A stretch of DNA of 54,969 nt from Burkholderiales bacterium (GCA_031359905.1 JANMAP010000145.1:1-54969), one strand, 5' to 3'. Shown: positions 12,683 to 23,716, counted from the first letter of the stretch. Translations and numbers: made by a program. The notes: a model not told the origin generated them from the sequence alone.

Positions 12683-14338
12683 ATGCACAATTTGTCGATG
12701 TCTGCTTCCATCGCCTCGCGGGCCCTGCTGCAGTTCGTCGACGACGAGTTGCTGCGCGCGCCGCTGATCTTCGACCAGGTTGCCGACGCCACGCTCGAGC
12801 AGTTGCAGCAGTCCCTGGCGGGCATGTCGGCGGCTCAACGCAGCGCCACGGCCGACCTGATGCAGGCGCTGAAGGCGCGGAAGATCCAGATCGCCGAGCA
12901 CTTCGTGCGCTCTCTGCGTCAGCAGGTGGCCGCTGAACTGGGCCAGCAGCCGCCGCCGGGCGAGAAGAAGGCCGACGCGTCGACGCCACTGTCGCTGTCA
13001 CTGTCGCTGGTCGACGAGGACGCAGTGGCCATCGACGTCGAGCTGGCGCATGCGATCGAGACGATCAAGAGCACCGCTGAATACGAACTGCGTGAACTGC
13101 AGACCTTCACGTCGGCACTGGTCGGCGACATGGCCATGGCGCGCGACCACAACCCGTTCCGCGCCGAGTCCTACGCCCATGCACTGTGGGCCGCAGCACA
13201 GGCCCTGCCGTTGTCGCGGGGGCACCATGTGGCCTTGCTGCGTCACGCCAGCCTGCCGCTGGCCCGCGTGCTGCGCCAGTCCTATGCCGCGTCGGCGTCT
13301 CGCCTGGAGTCGCAGGGCGTCGAACCCGCGGCGTACCGCACGGTCATCCTGGTGGCCGGATCACGTCGCGAACGCCCGTCCGAAACCACCTTCAGCCCCG
13401 ACCTGCAGCGCATGCGCGAGAGCATGCTCGGTGAACTCGACCCCCCGCCACCGGCGGCCGGCGGCCCGTCCACGACATCGAGCGTCGATGCGCGCGGCGT
13501 CGCCGGCCGCGGCCAGGCCGCCGTCGCGCCGCTGACCCGCGCCGATCGCCAGGCACACGAACTGGTAACGCGGCTGTTCGCGGCGATCCGGGATGACGAG
13601 CGGGTGCCGCCCGACGTGCTGGCGCTGATCCTGCAGCTGCAAGGCCCGGCGCTTCGTCTGGTCGTGCGCGACCCCAGCCTGCTCGAACAGGACACGCATC
13701 CGCTGTGGATGTTCGTCAACCGCCTGGCCTACGAAGCCGAGATGGCACCCGATACCGCCGACCCGGAGCGCGGACGCCTGCTCAAGCTCGGCCAGGGCAC
13801 CGTTCAGCAGCTGGCCAACGAACCGGTGCAGAACAGCGGCCTGTACCACTGGGCGGCCGAGCGGCTGGACACGTTTCTCAAGCAGCGCCTGGCGCGCCGC
13901 TGCGCCGCGGCGGCCAGTCAGATCGGCGCGATGCAAAAGCTCGAGGACAAACTGGTCGCCGGCCAGACCACCCCGTCCGGCCTCGGCGGCGCGCTCGATG
14001 TGCCGCACCTGGATACCGTGCCGTCCGACCTGATCCCGGAAGCCCAGCCCGGGACGCCGCCGCCTCCCGACGATGACGCCTGGCTCGATGAGCTGCGGCC
14101 CGGCGAATGGGTGCGCATGTTCCTGCAGGGGCGGTGGATCCATGCCCAGGTGCTGTGGCCCGGCGAGCGGCGCGAGATCTGGCTGTTCGGCGACGGCGCG
14201 TCCGACGCCACCTGGGCCGTGCGCCGCCGCGCCTTGCACACGCTGCGCGAGCAACGCCTGTTGAAAATGCTGGCCCGCCGATCGCTGGTGCGCCGCGCGG
14301 CACGCCAGGTGCACGACGACGTCGCCGAGGGCGCCTGA
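12683..14338 (+). CDS. DUF1631-family-like protein
   Basis: LSLVDE, NPFRAE, HPLW and a C-terminal L.PGEWVRMFLQGRW module resemble DUF1631 proteins; assigned by recognition only. Confidence 0.65.
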   Translation: MHNLSMSASIASRALLQFVDDELLRAPLIFDQVADATLEQLQQSLAGMSAAQRSATADLMQALKARKIQIAEHFVRSLRQQVAAELGQQPPPGEKKADASTPLSLSLSLVDEDAVAIDVELAHAIETIKSTAEYELRELQTFTSALVGDMAMARDHNPFRAESYAHALWAAAQALPLSRGHHVALLRHASLPLARVLRQSYAASASRLESQGVEPAAYRTVILVAGSRRERPSETTFSPDLQRMRESMLGELDPPPPAAGGPSTTSSVDARGVAGRGQAAVAPLTRADRQAHELVTRLFAAIRDDERVPPDVLALILQLQGPALRLVVRDPSLLEQDTHPLWMFVNRLAYEAEMAPDTADPERGRLLKLGQGTVQQLANEPVQNSGLYHWAAERLDTFLKQRLARRCAAAASQIGAMQKLEDKLVAGQTTPSGLGGALDVPHLDTVPSDLIPEAQPGTPPPPDDDAWLDELRPGEWVRMFLQGRWIHAQVLWPGERREIWLFGDGASDATWAVRRRALHTLREQRLLKMLARRSLVRRAARQVHDDVAEGA

Positions 14339-14355
14339 CGCGCTCCGGCGCGGCG

Positions 14356-15240
14356 TCAGCTCGTCGCCAGCAGGCGCTTGATCGTGCCGGCCACCAGCGC
14401 CGGCTTCTCATGCACGATCCAGTGCGATGCGTCGGGCACGCGTTGCACGTGCAATTCCGGCACCCAGCGCTCCAGTCCATCGAGCAGGCCGGGCAGCAAC
14501 GCCGCATCGCGCTCGCCCCACAGCACCGTGGTCGGCACGCGCACCGTCACCGCCTCGTCGGGCAGGACAAGCTGCCGGGCGGCAACGTCGGCACCGCGCG
14601 GTGGCCGCAGTGGCGACGCCCGGTAGTAGTTCAGCGGCCCGGCCAGCCCGGCGCGCCAGCTCGCTTCGTAGACCGCACGTACCTCAGGGGTCAGCCACTG
14701 CGGCTGACCCAGGAATGGCCACAGGCGGGCAAAGCCGTCTTCGGCCAGCAGGGCCTCGGCATCCGGCCGGCAGAGGAAGTTCATGTAGGCGCTGGCCGCC
14801 TGCTGGGCCGGGTTGTCGCGCAACTCGCGCAGGAAGGTGGCCGGGTGCGGTGCATTGATGATCAGCAGCTGGCGCAGCAGGTCCGGGCGCTGCGCGGCCA
14901 GGCCCCAGGCCAGGGCGCCGCCCCAGTCGTGCGCCACCAGCAGGTCGATCGGCGCGCCCAGGGCCTGGATGGCCGCGGCGAGATCGTCGATGAGATGGCG
15001 TGCGCGGTAGTCGGCAACGTCGGCCGGCGCCGACGAGCCGGGATAGCCGCGCAGGTTCGGCGCCACGCAGCCGACGTCCGGCGCCAGTTGCAGCATCACC
15101 GCGTCCCACACGAAAGCCGCTTCCGGAAAGCCATGCAGCAGCAGCACGCGCGGCGGCCGGGCGCCCGCCGCACGGCAGGCCAGCGTGATGCCGTGCGGCA
15201 AGGACAGGTCGAAGGTCTGCAGCGCAGCGGCGGCGTTCAC
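14356..15240 (-). CDS. Alpha/beta hydrolase (epoxide hydrolase-like)
   Basis: LLLHGFPE, LRGY, AHDWGG, NYYRA, LWGERD, ASHW. Confidence 0.9.
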   Translation of the reverse strand: MNAAAALQTFDLSLPHGITLACRAAGARPPRVLLLHGFPEAAFVWDAVMLQLAPDVGCVAPNLRGYPGSSAPADVADYRARHLIDDLAAAIQALGAPIDLLVAHDWGGALAWGLAAQRPDLLRQLLIINAPHPATFLRELRDNPAQQAASAYMNFLCRPDAEALLAEDGFARLWPFLGQPQWLTPEVRAVYEASWRAGLAGPLNYYRASPLRPPRGADVAARQLVLPDEAVTVRVPTTVLWGERDAALLPGLLDGLERWVPELHVQRVPDASHWIVHEKPALVAGTIKRLLATS

Positions 15241-15250
15241 GGGCGCACTT

Positions 15251-15943
15251 TCATGCGCGCGTCCAGCCGTGCACCGTCTCGGCGACGTCGCCCAGGCCGT
15301 TGCGCGACAGCGCCGAGAACAGCGTCACGCCGATGTCGGCGTTCTCCGTCGACAGCTCGCCCAGCAGGTCCTGCGCGGTGGCCAGCGCGGCCTGCGCGTC
15401 GCGCTTGTTGAGCTTGTCAGACTTGGTCAGCACGGCCAGCAGGCGCACCTCGCCGGTGATCAGGCGCGGCGCCATCAGCTCCAGCAGGCGGCTGTCGAGG
15501 TCGGTGAAACCCAGCCGCGAATCGATCAGCAGCACCACGCCGTGCAGGCTGCGCCGCAGCACCAGGTAGTCGGCCATCACCTCCTGCCAGCGCAGCTTGG
15601 CGGCGCGTTCGACAGCCGCGTAGCCGTACCCCGGCAGGTCGGCGAAGAGGGCGTCGGGCGCGTCCTTCGGGCCGACCTCGAACAGATTGATGTGCTGGGT
15701 GCGGCCCGGCGTGCGCGACGCAAAGGCCAGCCGCTTGCGCTGCGCCAGGGCGTTGATCGCCGTCGACTTGCCGGCGTTGCTGCGGCCGACGAAAGCGATC
15801 TCGGGCAACTCGGTCGCGGGCAGTTGGTCGAGCCGGCTGGCGGTGGTCAGGAAGCGCGCGCTGTGGCTCCAGGCCAGCGCGGCCTTGACCGCAGGAGTGG
15901 GCGCCGGCGGCGCCCGTGTGCGTGCCGGCAGGTCGGGATTCAT
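15251..15943 (-). CDS. engB: Ribosome biogenesis GTP-binding protein YihA/EngB
   Basis: GRSNAGKS, SRTPGRT, DLPGYG, TKSDK; divergent from cytochrome c4. Start uncertain. Confidence 0.95.
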   Translation of the reverse strand: MNPDLPARTRAPPAPTPAVKAALAWSHSARFLTTASRLDQLPATELPEIAFVGRSNAGKSTAINALAQRKRLAFASRTPGRTQHINLFEVGPKDAPDALFADLPGYGYAAVERAAKLRWQEVMADYLVLRRSLHGVVLLIDSRLGFTDLDSRLLELMAPRLITGEVRLLAVLTKSDKLNKRDAQAALATAQDLLGELSTENADIGVTLFSALSRNGLGDVAETVHGWTRA

Positions 15944-16023
15944 GGTGCATTGTAAAATCATGGGTTTTGCATCCTCGCTCGCGCCCCATTGGTGGGGCCT
16001 GAGACGCACGAAAAGGCATCCGC

Positions 16024-16650
16024 ATGACGTCGCCCGCCGCCCTGTCGACCCTGGTCCTGGCCAGCTTCCTGTTCGCTGGCGCTGCCGCGGCGGCTGAGCC
16101 CGCCGCCGCGTTCAAGCCCGACCTGGCCAAGGGCCAGACGATCGCTGCGACCTGCATGGCCTGCCACACGGCCGACGGTTCGCGCGGGGCGCCGGCCAAC
16201 CCCATCCTGCAAGGCCAGCACCCCGAGTACATCGTCAAGCAGCTGAGCGAGTTCAAGGCCGGCAAGCGCAAGAACGCGGTGATGGCCGGCATGGCCGCGA
16301 CCCTGAGCGAAGACGACATGAAGCATGTCGCTGCGTTCTACGGCTCGAAGAAGGCCAAGCCCGGCTTCGCCAAGAGCAAGGACAGCATCGCGCTGGGCGA
16401 GCAGATCTACCGCGGCGGCATCGCCGCCAAGGGCGTGCCGGCCTGCGCCGGCTGCCACAGCCCGAACGGCGCCGGCATTCCGGTGCAGTACCCGCGCATC
16501 GGCGGTCAGCACGCCGACTACACCGAGGCCCAGCTGACGGCCTTCCGCTCGGGCGCACGTGCCAACAACGCGCAGATGATGGCCATTGCCGGCAAGCTCA
16601 GCGACCCGGAACTGAAGGCCGTCTCGGACTACATCGCCGGCCTGCGCTGA
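16024..16650 (+). CDS. Diheme cytochrome c4
   Basis: Signal peptide and two CxxCH motifs (CMACH, CAGCH). Confidence 0.95.
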   Translation: MTSPAALSTLVLASFLFAGAAAAAEPAAAFKPDLAKGQTIAATCMACHTADGSRGAPANPILQGQHPEYIVKQLSEFKAGKRKNAVMAGMAATLSEDDMKHVAAFYGSKKAKPGFAKSKDSIALGEQIYRGGIAAKGVPACAGCHSPNGAGIPVQYPRIGGQHADYTEAQLTAFRSGARANNAQMMAIAGKLSDPELKAVSDYIAGLR

Positions 16651-16757
16651 GCGCCGGGCGGGCAGGCCGCCCGCGGCGCACCCCATGCCTGCGTCCCAGG
16701 GCCGGTCAATCGCCGGCCCTCCTTCTTGGTGCCGGACGCCGACCCATAATCCTGCGC

Positions 16758-18971
16758 ATGGCTGTTTCCACCTCCGGCGTCGAGCTCGCGGTCCGTTCGC
16801 GCCGCCTGCGCGACGCGATCGAGTTGCTGTCGTCGATGCGCTTCTCGATCTCGCTGCTGACGGTGATCTGCATCGCCTCGGTGATCGGCACGGTGGTCAA
16901 GCAGAACGAGCCGCGCAACAACTACGTCAACCAGTTCGGCCCGTTCTGGGCCGAGGTCTTCGGCCAGGTCAACCTGTACACCGTCTACAGCGCGCCCTGG
17001 TTCCTGTTGATCCTGGCCTTCCTGGTGCTGTCGACCAGCCTGTGCATCATCCGCAACGCGCCGAAGATCGTTGTCGACCTGCGCAACTACAAGGAAGGCC
17101 TGCGCGAACAGTCGCTGCAGGCCTTTGGCCACAAGGGGCAGGCGGTGCTGGCCGAATCACGCGACGCCGCACTGGCACGCATCAGCGCGCTGCTCGCCGG
17201 CGGCGGCTGGGCGGCCAAGGTGCAGCAGCGCGAACACGGCGTGATGATCGCCGCGCGCAAGGGACGGCCGAACAAGATCGGCTACATCGCTGCGCATTCG
17301 GCCATCGTGCTGATCTGCCTGGGCGGGCTGGCCGACGGCGACCTGATCGTGCGCGGCCAGATGCTGTTGCGCGGCAAGACGCCGTTCAGCGGCGGTGGCC
17401 TGATCACCGAAGTGCCGGCACAGCACCGCCTGGCTGACGGCAACCCCACCTTCCGCGCCAACCTGCTGGTGCCCGAAGGCGGCCGCGCCGGCGTGGCGGT
17501 GATCAATCTGCAGGACGGCGTGGTGCTGCAGGACCTGCCCTTCGATGTCGAGCTGAAGCGCTTCATCGTCGAGTACTACGCCACCGGCATGCCCAAGCTG
17601 TTCGCCAGCGAGATCGTGATCCACGATCGCGTCACCGGCCAGGCGATCGAAGAAAAGGTCGAGGTCAACAAGCCGGCCTTCCACCGCGGCGTGGCCATCT
17701 ACCAGAGCAGCTTCGACGACGGCGGCTCGCGCGTGAAGCTCAAGGCCTGGCCGCTGGGCGCGGGCGTGCAGCCCTTCGAGGTCGAAGGCACCATCGGCGG
17801 CGAGACCGAACTGGTGTCCAGCGGCTCACAGGGCGAGCAGGTCACCAAGCTCGAATTCACCGCGCTGCGCGTCATCAACGTCGAAAACTTCGGCGCCCGG
17901 GCGACGCCTGGCGAAGCCAGCGGCCGCACTCCGGGAACCGATGGCGGCAGCGCCACCGACGTGCGCAAGGTCGATCTGGTGTCGTCGATCCAGAGCCACC
18001 TGGGCAGCGGCGAGAAGGTGGCCAACAAGAAGCTGTTGCGCAACGTCGGCCCGTCGATCACCTACAAGCTGCGAGATGCCGCCGGCCAGGCCCGCGAGTT
18101 CCACAACTACATGCAGCCGGTGGAACTCGAGGGCCAGCGTGTCTTCCTCGTCGGCACCCGGGATTCAACGCAGGACAACCTGCGCTACCTGCGTATCCCG
18201 GCCGATCGCGACGATTCGCTGGGCGACTGGTTCCGCCTGCGTCAGGCGCTGGACGACCCGGCGCGGCGCGAGAAGGCGGCGCGCCGCTACGTCACGCTGG
18301 CAACCCCGCCGGACAAGCCAGACATGGTCGAGCAATTGATGGCGACGACGCGGCGCACGCTGGGCTTGTTCGCCGGGGTCGAATCGGCCAGGCGCCCCCC
18401 GGCGGGCAATACTGCCGACCCCGCCAAGGGCGGCCCGGCGGTGATCGGCGGCCTGCAGGCGATGGCCGACTTCATGGAAAGCAGCGTGCCCGAGGCCGAG
18501 CGCGGACGGATCACCGAGGTGCTGCTGCGCATCCTCAACGGCAGCCTGTTCGAGCTCTTGAATCTGGCGCGCGAAGACGCCGGCCTGCCGCGCCTCGAAC
18601 TCGGCGCGCCGACCGAGGCCTTCATGACCCAGGCCGTGACCTCGCTGTCTGACAGCTTCTTCTACCCGGCGCCGATGCTCTTCGAGCTGGCCGATTTCAA
18701 GCAGGTGCAGGCCAGCGTCTTCCAGGTCGCCCGCGCGCCGGGCAAGACCCTGGTCTACGCCGGCGCGGTGGCCCTCATCATCGGCGTGTTCGTGATGCTC
18801 TACGTGCGCGACCGGCGCCTGTGGGTCTGGCTGCAGGCCGACCCGGCCGAGCCGGCCAACGCCCACCGCACGCGCATCACCACCGCGCTGTCCAGCACCC
18901 GCCGCACGCTGGACGGCGACGCTGAATTCGACCGCATCCGCAGCGCGCTGCTGCAGGAGTCTCCCCGATGA
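16758..18971 (+). CDS. resB: Cytochrome c biogenesis protein ResB/Ccs1 (System II)
   Basis: LSSMRFSISLL...ASVIGT, YSAPWF, LCIIRN, GYIAAH, VNKP...YQSSF, QVARAPG. Confidence 0.92.
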   Translation: MAVSTSGVELAVRSRRLRDAIELLSSMRFSISLLTVICIASVIGTVVKQNEPRNNYVNQFGPFWAEVFGQVNLYTVYSAPWFLLILAFLVLSTSLCIIRNAPKIVVDLRNYKEGLREQSLQAFGHKGQAVLAESRDAALARISALLAGGGWAAKVQQREHGVMIAARKGRPNKIGYIAAHSAIVLICLGGLADGDLIVRGQMLLRGKTPFSGGGLITEVPAQHRLADGNPTFRANLLVPEGGRAGVAVINLQDGVVLQDLPFDVELKRFIVEYYATGMPKLFASEIVIHDRVTGQAIEEKVEVNKPAFHRGVAIYQSSFDDGGSRVKLKAWPLGAGVQPFEVEGTIGGETELVSSGSQGEQVTKLEFTALRVINVENFGARATPGEASGRTPGTDGGSATDVRKVDLVSSIQSHLGSGEKVANKKLLRNVGPSITYKLRDAAGQAREFHNYMQPVELEGQRVFLVGTRDSTQDNLRYLRIPADRDDSLGDWFRLRQALDDPARREKAARRYVTLATPPDKPDMVEQLMATTRRTLGLFAGVESARRPPAGNTADPAKGGPAVIGGLQAMADFMESSVPEAERGRITEVLLRILNGSLFELLNLAREDAGLPRLELGAPTEAFMTQAVTSLSDSFFYPAPMLFELADFKQVQASVFQVARAPGKTLVYAGAVALIIGVFVMLYVRDRRLWVWLQADPAEPANAHRTRITTALSSTRRTLDGDAEFDRIRSALLQESPR

Positions 18972-20361
18972 ACACGACCACGCTGACCCTGGCTTCCGGC
19001 AAGGGCCTGACCCGCCGCAGCGTCTACGACTGGGCCTTCGCGCTGCTCATCGTGTCCGGTGCGGGCTATGCCTTCCAGCGCTACGGGCGGGCGATGGACG
19101 GCTACGAGATCGGCATCCTCGCCGGCGCCGTGCCGGCGCTGATCGCACTGGGCTGGTTCTGGGGCCCGCTGCGCACGCTGTCGCTGGGCGTCGGCGCGGC
19201 AACGCTGCTGGCCATCGGCCTGTATGTGCGCACCACCGACAACTTCGGCGCCGACCTGGCCGCCGCCGACAACGTCTTCCTGCTCAAGTACTTCCTGTCC
19301 AGCCAGAGCGCCATCCTGTGGATGAGCATGCTGTTCTTCATGAGCACCGCCTTCTACTGGATCGGTTTCTTCGGCAGCGCCCCAGCCGGCGCGGTGGCCG
19401 GCGGCGGGGGCAGCGGGGGCAGCGGCGGCGGCCGCATCGGCAACACCGCCCAGCGTCTGGGCTCGGGTCTGGCCTGGGCCGCGGTGGTGATGGCGCTGAT
19501 CGGCACGCTGGTGCGCTGGTTTGAGAGCCACCAGATCGGCCCCGATATCGGCCACATCCCGGTGTCCAACCTGTACGAGGTCTTCGTCCTCTTCTGCTGG
19601 CTGACGGCGCTGTTCTACCTGTACTACGAACAGCACTACAAGACGATGGCGCTGGGCGCGTTCGCGATGCTGATCGTCAGCGCGGCGGTCGGCTTCCTGC
19701 TCTGGTACACGGTGGTCCGCGAAGCGCACGAGATCCAGCCGCTGGTGCCCGCGCTGCAGAGCTGGTGGATGAAGCTGCACGTGCCGGCCAACTTCATCGG
19801 CTACGGCACCTTCGCGCTGGCCGCGATGACGGCCTTCGCCTACTTGATCAAGCAGCAGGCCACCGAGCAGCGCTGGTGGAAGCTGCGCCGCTGTGGCTGC
19901 TCGGCGTGGTGCTGTGCTTCGAGCCACTGATTTTCCGCAAGAACGTCTCTGCCGGATCGAGCAACTACTGGGTCGTCTACTTCTTCATCAGCGCACTGGT
20001 TGCCGCCGGCATCCTGCTGATGCGCCGGCGCATCGGCGAACGCCTGCCGAGCTTCGAAGTGCTCGACGACGTGATGTACAAGGCCATCGCGGTCGGTTTC
20101 GCCTTCTTCACCATCGCCACCATCCTGGGCGCCTTCTGGGCTGCCGAGGCCTGGGGCGGCTACTGGAGCTGGGACCCCAAGGAGACCTGGGCGCTGATCG
20201 TCTGGCTGAATTACGCGGCCTGGCTGCACATGCGGCTGATGAAGGGCCTGCGCGGCACGGTCAGCGCGTGGTGGGCGCTGGTCGGCCTGGCGGTGACGAG
20301 TTTTGCCTTCCTCGGCGTGAACATGTTCCTGTCCGGACTGCATTCCTACGGTGAGTTGTAA
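18968..20361 (+). pseudogene. ccsA: Cytochrome c biogenesis protein CcsA/ResC with a 1-nt frameshift near 19885
   Basis: Frame 1 has HIPVSNLYE and LQSWWMKLHV; frame 2 has WAAEAWGGYWSWDPKETW and GLHSYG. Adding one base near 19885 joins them into 464 aa. Confidence 0.88.
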
Positions 20362-20409
20362 TTTGTCCAGGTGCATTCCGACCCACGGAATGCCCTCAAT
20401 GGAGTCGTC

Positions 20410-21393
20410 ATGCATGTCCTGAAGGACCGCGGTTTCGTTCACCCGAACGCTTCCGACATCACGCCCGAGCGCGTCTATCGCAGTCGCCGCAGCCTGGTGC
20501 TGGCGGCGGCCGCCGGCAGCGGCCTGGCGGCGCTGGGGGCCAGCGCGGCGCAGGCGCAGACCGCGCGCCCGAACAAGCTGGCCGCCCTGCCCGGCGTTCG
20601 CAGCAGCGTGCCTGGCGCCATCTCGCTGGACAAGCTCACGCCGTACGCTGACGCCACCAGCTACAACAACTACTACGAGTTCGGCACCGACAAGACAGAC
20701 CCCGCACGCAGTGCCGGCTCGCTGAAGCCACGGCCCTGGACCGTCGCCATCGAAGGCGAGGTCAAGAAACCCGGCAACTACGACCTCGACGCGCTGCTCA
20801 AGCTCAGCGCCATGGAAGAGCGCATCTACCGGCTGCGCTGTGTCGAAGGCTGGTCGATGGTTATTCCGTGGGTCGGCTATTCGCTGTCCGAACTGATCAA
20901 GAAGGTCGAACCCACCGGCAACGCCAAGTTCGTGCAGTTCCTGACCCTGGCTGACAAAACCGAGATGCCCGGCCTGCGCGCGGCCGTGCTCGACTGGCCG
21001 TATGCCGAAGGCCTGCGTCTGGACGAAGCGCAACACCCGCTGGCCATGCTGGCCTTCGGCCTGTACGGCGAGGTGCTGCCGAACCAGAACGGCGCGCCGC
21101 TGCGCCTGGTCGTGCCTTGGAAGTACGGCTTCAAGAGCGGCAAGTCGATCGTCAAGATCCGCTTCGTCGACAAGCAGCCGAAGACCAGCTGGGAAGCCGC
21201 TGCGCCCAGCGAGTACGGCTTCTATTCCAACGTCAACCCGACCGTCGACCATCCGCGCTGGAGCCAAGCCAGCGAACGCCGCATCGGCGAAGACGGCCTG
21301 TTCGCCAAGCGCCGCGCGACGCTGATGTTCAACGGCTACGAGCCGCAGGTCGGCCAGCTCTACGCTGGCATGGACCTGAAGAAGTTCTACTGA
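20410..21393 (+). CDS. msrP: Methionine sulfoxide reductase, molybdopterin subunit
   Basis: Tat signal SRRSLV; [41 protein letters not shown]. Confidence 0.97.
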   Translation: MHVLKDRGFVHPNASDITPERVYRSRRSLVLAAAAGSGLAALGASAAQAQTARPNKLAALPGVRSSVPGAISLDKLTPYADATSYNNYYEFGTDKTDPARSAGSLKPRPWTVAIEGEVKKPGNYDLDALLKLSAMEERIYRLRCVEGWSMVIPWVGYSLSELIKKVEPTGNAKFVQFLTLADKTEMPGLRAAVLDWPYAEGLRLDEAQHPLAMLAFGLYGEVLPNQNGAPLRLVVPWKYGFKSGKSIVKIRFVDKQPKTSWEAAAPSEYGFYSNVNPTVDHPRWSQASERRIGEDGLFAKRRATLMFNGYEPQVGQLYAGMDLKKFY

Positions 21394-21515
21394 AGCCGAC
21401 CGTGGCCGGTAGCCCATCAGCCACCGCCGGCACGCCGGGCGGCATTCCCGTGGTCGGACCGCCTTTCAGACCGCCCGCCACGCCACCCCTCGCGCGTCCG
21501 GCGCGTCGCGGCGGC

Positions 21516-22148
21516 ATGGCCGCGCGGGTCAACGCGTGGCTTTTGAAGCCGCTGACCAAGCCGGTGTTGTTCGGGCTGGCGCTGCTGCCCCTGGCCTGGT
21601 TGGTCTGGGGGGCGTTCGCCAACACGCTCGGCGCGAACCCGGCCGAAGCGCTGATCCGCTCGACCGGCGACTGGACCCTGCGCTTCCTGTGTCTGACGCT
21701 GGCCGTCACGCCGCTGCGCCAGTGGACGGGCTGGCACGCGCTGGCGCGGCTGCGTCGCATGCTGGGCCTGTTCACTTTCTTCTACGGCGTGCTGCACTTC
21801 CTGTGCTTCGCCTGGCTGGACATGGGCTTCGACCTGGCCGCCATCGTCAAGGACATCGGCAAGCGGCCGTTCATCCTGGTCGGCAGCGCCGCACTGCTGC
21901 TGATGCTGCCGCTGGCCGCGACGTCGTTCAACCGCGCCATCAAGGCGCTGGGTGCCGCGCGCTGGCAGGCGCTGCACCGCGCGGTGTACGCGGTGGCGCT
22001 GCTGGGCCTGCTGCATTTCTTCTGGATGCGCGCGGCCAAGAACAACTTCGGTGAGTGGTCAATCTACGCCGCGATCCTGGCGGTGCTGCTGGGCTGGCAC
22101 GTGTGGCGCCGCCTGCGCCCGGCCGGAGGCCCAGCGCGGCCGGGCTGA
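21516..22148 (+). CDS. msrQ: Methionine sulfoxide reductase, heme-binding membrane subunit
   Basis: LGANP, LAVTPLR, RRMLGL, LAATS, WQALHR; follows msrP. Start uncertain. Confidence 0.95.
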   Translation: MAARVNAWLLKPLTKPVLFGLALLPLAWLVWGAFANTLGANPAEALIRSTGDWTLRFLCLTLAVTPLRQWTGWHALARLRRMLGLFTFFYGVLHFLCFAWLDMGFDLAAIVKDIGKRPFILVGSAALLLMLPLAATSFNRAIKALGAARWQALHRAVYAVALLGLLHFFWMRAAKNNFGEWSIYAAILAVLLGWHVWRRLRPAGGPARPG

Positions 22149-22230
22149 TCCGCGCTGGCGCCGCAGGCGTCTTGGTGTACCTTCGCGCCTTCGGCCGAGC
22201 TCGGCCGCCTGCCTACGGAGACACCCCGCC

Positions 22231-23403
22231 ATGAGCGCCCCGCGCACCCCCTTCGGCCGTCTGGCCCGCCCGTTGTTGGCCCTGGCCCTGGCCTTGTCGA
22301 GCGGCCTGGCCGCGGCGCAGATCAAGGTCGGCATCACGCTGTCGACCACCGGACCGGCGGCATCGCTGGGCATCCCCGAGCGCAATGCCGTCGCGCTGAT
22401 GCCGCGCACCATCGCCGGCGTGGCCATCGAGTACATCGTGCTCGACGACGCGTCCGACCCCGTCAAGGCGGTGCAGAACGCACGCAAGCTGATCGGCGAC
22501 GACAAGGTCGACGTGCTGCTCGGCTCGTCGACGACACCGAACAGCCTGGCGATGGTCGACGTGGCGGCCGAAGGCAAGACCCCGCAGATCTCGATCGCCT
22601 CGTCGCTGCGCATCGTCGACCCGGTGGACGCCAAACGCGCCTGGGTCTTCAAGACGCCGCAGAACGACGCCCACATGATGACGGCGATGTCGCAGCACAT
22701 GGCCGACAAAGGCATCAAGAAGGTCGGCATCATCGGCTTCAACGATGCCTACGGCGAAGGCGTGATCAGCGAATTCGGCAAGCTGGCACCGGTGCGCAAG
22801 ATCGACGTCGCGGTGGTCGAGCGCTATGCACGCACCGACACCAGCGTCACCGGGCAGGTGCTCAAGCTGCTGGCGACCAACCCCGACGCGGTGCTGATCG
22901 CCGCGTCCGGCACGCCCGCCGCGCTGCCCGCGCGCACGCTGAAGGAGCGCGGCTACAAGGGCCAGATCTACTTCACCGACGGTGTCGTCAACAACGACTT
23001 CCTGCGCGTTGGCGGCAAGGACCTGGAAGGGGCGCTGCTGCCGGCTGGCCCGGTGGTGGTGGCCAAGGATCTGCCCGACAGCAATCCGATCAAGAAGGTG
23101 GCGCTGGGCTTTGCCAAGCAGTACGAAGCGGCCAACGGCGCGGGCAGCATGAACTCGTTCGCGGCCCATGGCTGGAATGCCTGGCTGATGCTCGAGCGCG
23201 CCCTCCCCGTCGCGCTGAAGAGCGGCGCCAAGCCCGGCACCGAGGCCTTCCGCGCCGCGCTGCGCGATGCGCTGGAAGGCATCAAGGAACTCGTCACCAC
23301 GCACGGCGTGATGACCATGAGCAAGACTGACCACATGGGCTTCGACCAGCGGGCGCGGGTGATGGTGGAGATCAAGAACGGCGGTTGGGCGCTGGCGAAG
23401 TGA
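22231..23403 (+). CDS. ABC transporter substrate-binding protein (LivK-like; aromatic/branched-chain family), orphan
   Basis: Signal peptide; STTGPAASLG, LDDASDP, WVFKTPQND, FNDAYGE. Confidence 0.88.
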   Translation: MSAPRTPFGRLARPLLALALALSSGLAAAQIKVGITLSTTGPAASLGIPERNAVALMPRTIAGVAIEYIVLDDASDPVKAVQNARKLIGDDKVDVLLGSSTTPNSLAMVDVAAEGKTPQISIASSLRIVDPVDAKRAWVFKTPQNDAHMMTAMSQHMADKGIKKVGIIGFNDAYGEGVISEFGKLAPVRKIDVAVVERYARTDTSVTGQVLKLLATNPDAVLIAASGTPAALPARTLKERGYKGQIYFTDGVVNNDFLRVGGKDLEGALLPAGPVVVAKDLPDSNPIKKVALGFAKQYEAANGAGSMNSFAAHGWNAWLMLERALPVALKSGAKPGTEAFRAALRDALEGIKELVTTHGVMTMSKTDHMGFDQRARVMVEIKNGGWALAK

Positions 23404-23437
23404 GCCTTGCTGCGCGCAGCGGTGCGTCCGAACGCCT

Positions 23438-23694
23438 GCGCGGCAAAGGTGGGCCCGGGCAGGCTGTGCCCGGTGGGGGCGCTGTGTGGGGCGGTGAGCA
23501 GCGCAGAGCCAGGGTCGGCGCGCGCAGCGCGCTTCGTGAACTGACTCGTCGGGGGTGTCTGAGCAGAGTGAGCGCAGCGAACGCCGCGAGTTACCCGACG
23601 GGGCCAAGGGCACGAGTACCGCAGGGCAGTCGGCGCGCAGCGACGACCGCCGAACCCTCGCGCCGCAGCCTGTCCGGGCCCGCCTTTGCCGCGC
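23438..23694. repeat. 257-bp MITE-like element with 29-bp terminal inverted repeats
   Basis: 23438-23466 is the reverse complement of 23666-23694 at 27/29 positions. It lies between convergent genes and has no credible ORF. Confidence 0.7.
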
Positions 23695-23716
23695 CCACCG
23701 TCCACAGAGCAAGCCA

